From assembly GCA_030265395.1 (NCBI GenBank), contig JARFYF010000104.1, forward strand, positions 65,903,608-65,967,607: DNA of 64,000 nt, given 5' to 3'. Below the pieces are notes generated by a model that was not told the origin of the DNA, did not search any database, and worked only from the letters and a program-made list of their open reading frames with translations. The stretch comes from Rhina ancylostomus (Eukaryota). The translations under genes were made by a program, and so were the position numbers. The stretch's first letter is position 1; each line of letters begins with the position of its first letter. Shown piece after piece: positions 61,081 to 64,000 of the stretch.

Positions 61081-62829
61081 AAGCCGACTGTAATTTAAAA
61101 ACTTTAATGTTGCCTTTGAGATACTGAAACACTCAGACCCTGAGGATGGATAGCATTTATCAGAACTTATTGAGAGAGACTAGGGTGGGGACTGGTGAGA
61201 AACTGATTCTTTGTAAGGCAGTTAATAGGCACTGTGAATGTGTCATTTGAGCTAGAACTTGAACACAGATTAAAAAGGGATGATAGAGGATATATGGCAA
61301 TTACACACCCATTACTTTAACCTTAGCATCTCGGTTATTAAAAATAAGCTTTGGTGTTGTCTACACAACAGAAACCTGGCACTAGGGAGTTAATGTAGTT
61401 TTAGATGCAAAAATTCCTACTTTATCATCAATGTGATTTATGAGAAAATAGCAATCCAAGTAAACTATGTAAACCCCATTTAAATATTTGATAATATTCC
61501 ACTTGAAATGTCTCATAGATGTGTAGAATCATGGTAAAACTTGGGAGTAAGGAACTGATTGAAGGATGTTCAGGGACTATTTTGTTTGTTCTTCATCAAG
61601 AGGCAAACTTCGCGTGGGTTTAACATCTGAACATTTTTATTAACCAACACCAGCCCGCTNNNNNNNNNNNNNNNNNNNNNNNNNNNNNNNNNNNNNNNNN
61701 NNNNNNNNNNNNNNNNNNNNNNNNNNNNNNNNNNNNNNNNNNNNNNNNNNNNNNNNNNNGAACATTTTATTAACCAACACCAGACTAGCTTGCTTTCCTC
61801 TCTTTTTACAGCAACTTCCTGTTCCCCCATGTGAACCCTTGCATTGCCTACTGGGAACTGTAGTTCTTTATCATAACTAAATAATAATACGGGGATGAGG
61901 GACATTATTCTAGGGCTCACTGTTGGCACCCCTTATGTTTCCAACTTGCATAATTAACCCACTTCTAGAATGAAAACGTCTGTTAAATGTGTGCTGTATA
62001 ATTACAACTGGAACACAGAATTCAAAGAAAGGCTCGAAAGCTAGTCTGTGAGCTAAATTTTAATGACCTGTCAGTTGGATGATAAAGTGACAACGAAATT
62101 CAATTCATAGAAGTCTTAGTTGAAGTATTTTGGGGAGAGCAAATTCGGCAAGGCAATGTGTAGCAGGTCTAGGAAGTATAGGGGAACCAAGATCCTGGAT
62201 GTGTATAACAGGTAACAAAACTAATTTTTCCAATTTCACATCCTAGCAAAGTTTTGCGTATCATCTGCAGATACTTAGGGGCTTTTATTTTCTGTTTTGC
62301 CCAACAGTGTAAAGTGGATTGTAGTCGTTTTCCATAAATAGACATATTGTATTTGATTGGATGACAACATATGATCCATTGTGTCTAGAGTGTATAGTCA
62401 GACCAGCTGGAGAACTCCATGTGTACACTGGTTCAGTGCTGGGTTTTACAAACAAGCCACTACTTCTTGATATTTACTATTGATAACTGATATATTTATT
62501 AAGGCTCAACAAAGTGGAAATGTGGATGAAAAACTGAGAGACTGAATTTTGTGCAGGGCAAGGAAAATCTTACAAATGCTACTGAAGGGCAGCACCAGTT
62601 TCAGAAGTAAGGCAACATTTTGAGGCATTAGTAGTCTAATATTGGTAGCAGTTATCCCCAGGTTATAAGCCAATGACTGATTAGCCATGCGCAATAGATC
62701 CTGATGGAGCTGTGATACTGTGAGAGTATACCAACAGTGTTGGTGAGAAAAGTGGTGGCTACCTCCGAGTATATACTGGTAAACATGAGCACAGGAGAGA
62801 ATAAACTGCCAAACTGTGCACCAGAGGAA

Positions 62830-63000
62830 GAAGTACCGTGAAAACTCCCTCCCTAACACATTGCTAGGGAGAGAGTCCTTGTTTCACGGACTGCAGTGAT
62901 TCAAGAAGGCAGCTCACCACCACTTTCCCAAGGACAACTAGAGATGGGCAATTAAATGTTGGGTCATCTGTGAAACCCATGTTCATTGAATTAAGAGAAA
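62830..63000 (+). mobile_element. CR1-group LINE 3'UTR
   Basis: ggactgcagtgattcaagaaggcagctcaccaccac...gatgggcaattaaatg; related copies at about 15920-16080 and 51920-52070. Confidence 0.7.
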
Positions 63001-64000
63001 ACCAGAGTATGATCAGCAAAGAATCTTTGGTTGTCTGAAAACAGTGATGAGGAAACTCACAACAGTTTAGCAACATAGGAAGCACACTAGAAAACACAAC
63101 AAAGATGGTTTAGTGAGTCAGAATGTATGCCAATCAAGCACCAAAATACTATAACTTCTAGCACATATCAGTGACATCATTTGTTCAATGGAAATGAGAA
63201 CAGAAGAAGAAAGCAAGGTGACTTTCTTTTCATATCAGGAACCTAGAAGTTCTCAACAAAGATTTAAAATCCTTTGCTTTGTAGATTGAGGGCTGAAAGA
63301 CCTTTTTTACTGACAATAATTATGCAGAAGTACATGCAAATGCAGGGAAGGCAGAGATACTCAAGGAGGAAATTCATGAAAGCAATCCTCTGTTGAGATT
63401 GGACCAGAAACATGCAATTTGCCAACATGCCAAAAAGCAATCAATGTGTCTTTTACAGAGGTGGTAAAGAATTAAAAGATCACTTTAATCCAGCACTTTA
63501 GATGTAACAGAAAGCTACAAGCTTGGAACATGAAGTCAAAAGCACAGTGAGAGCCAACTAGTGACTATATTGTAACATTGAAGAATCTTTCTTTACATCA
63601 CAAAATTGGAGAGCTTCTTAACAGAGCCCTAAGGGGTAAATTGATCTGTAGATTGACTGATTAATGAGAAGCTTCTGTCCTGATTTCTCAGTGTGTCTGA
63701 ACCAACATTTGTAAAAGCCTGTCAAATAGAACCTCAATGGAGATGGCAGCATTAGATTCAAAAGTGTGTTGTCTACCCTAAATGTTCAGTGCTGTACACA
63801 TTGCACAGACCAATGTGATTAAATGCTGTTAAAGAGAATGGAATATGTTTAAATATTCTGGCAATCATTCAAAACAACAGTGGAAATTCAAAACAGTGAA
63901 GGATTATAAATGCCAAATAAAGAGTCACATTTCAGCAGCTTTCAAGTCAAAGACCAAACCAAAGATAAAGCCAGATGTTTACTCTAAATTTGATGGTCGG

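Noticed and set aside
1-64000. CRISPR arrays, operons or other prokaryotic systems
   Set aside because: The sequence is vertebrate repeat-rich DNA with no repeat-spacer arrays or dense coding regions.

Overview
Repeat-rich, non-coding vertebrate DNA with many assembly gaps. The repeat families point to an elasmobranch (shark or ray): CR1, L2, Rex1/Babar, RTE and Tx1-like LINEs, HE1/V-SINE-like and Deu-type SINEs, and Penelope-like elements. This assignment is by motif recognition, not a database search. I found no convincing host protein-coding exon. The main feature is a degenerate endogenous retrovirus at 41870-45786, bounded by TG...CA and a 5-bp target-site duplication (TCAGG). It has class III (ERV-L/S-like) RNase H-integrase and a gamma-type env (CWIC, immunosuppressive domain, CX6CC). 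Its pol-env-PPT-U3 block is inverted relative to the two outer LTRs. The second theme is a dispersed ~135-bp Penelope-type repeat carrying minimal hammerhead-ribozyme motifs. It occurs as monomers, inverted pairs and TSD-flanked insertions, including a tandem dimer. Also present: a Gypsy (sushi-like) RNase H relic, a Penelope GIY-YIG relic, an unexplained ~195-bp-arm inverted repeat and several candidate conserved non-coding blocks. Boundaries of old repeats are approximate.
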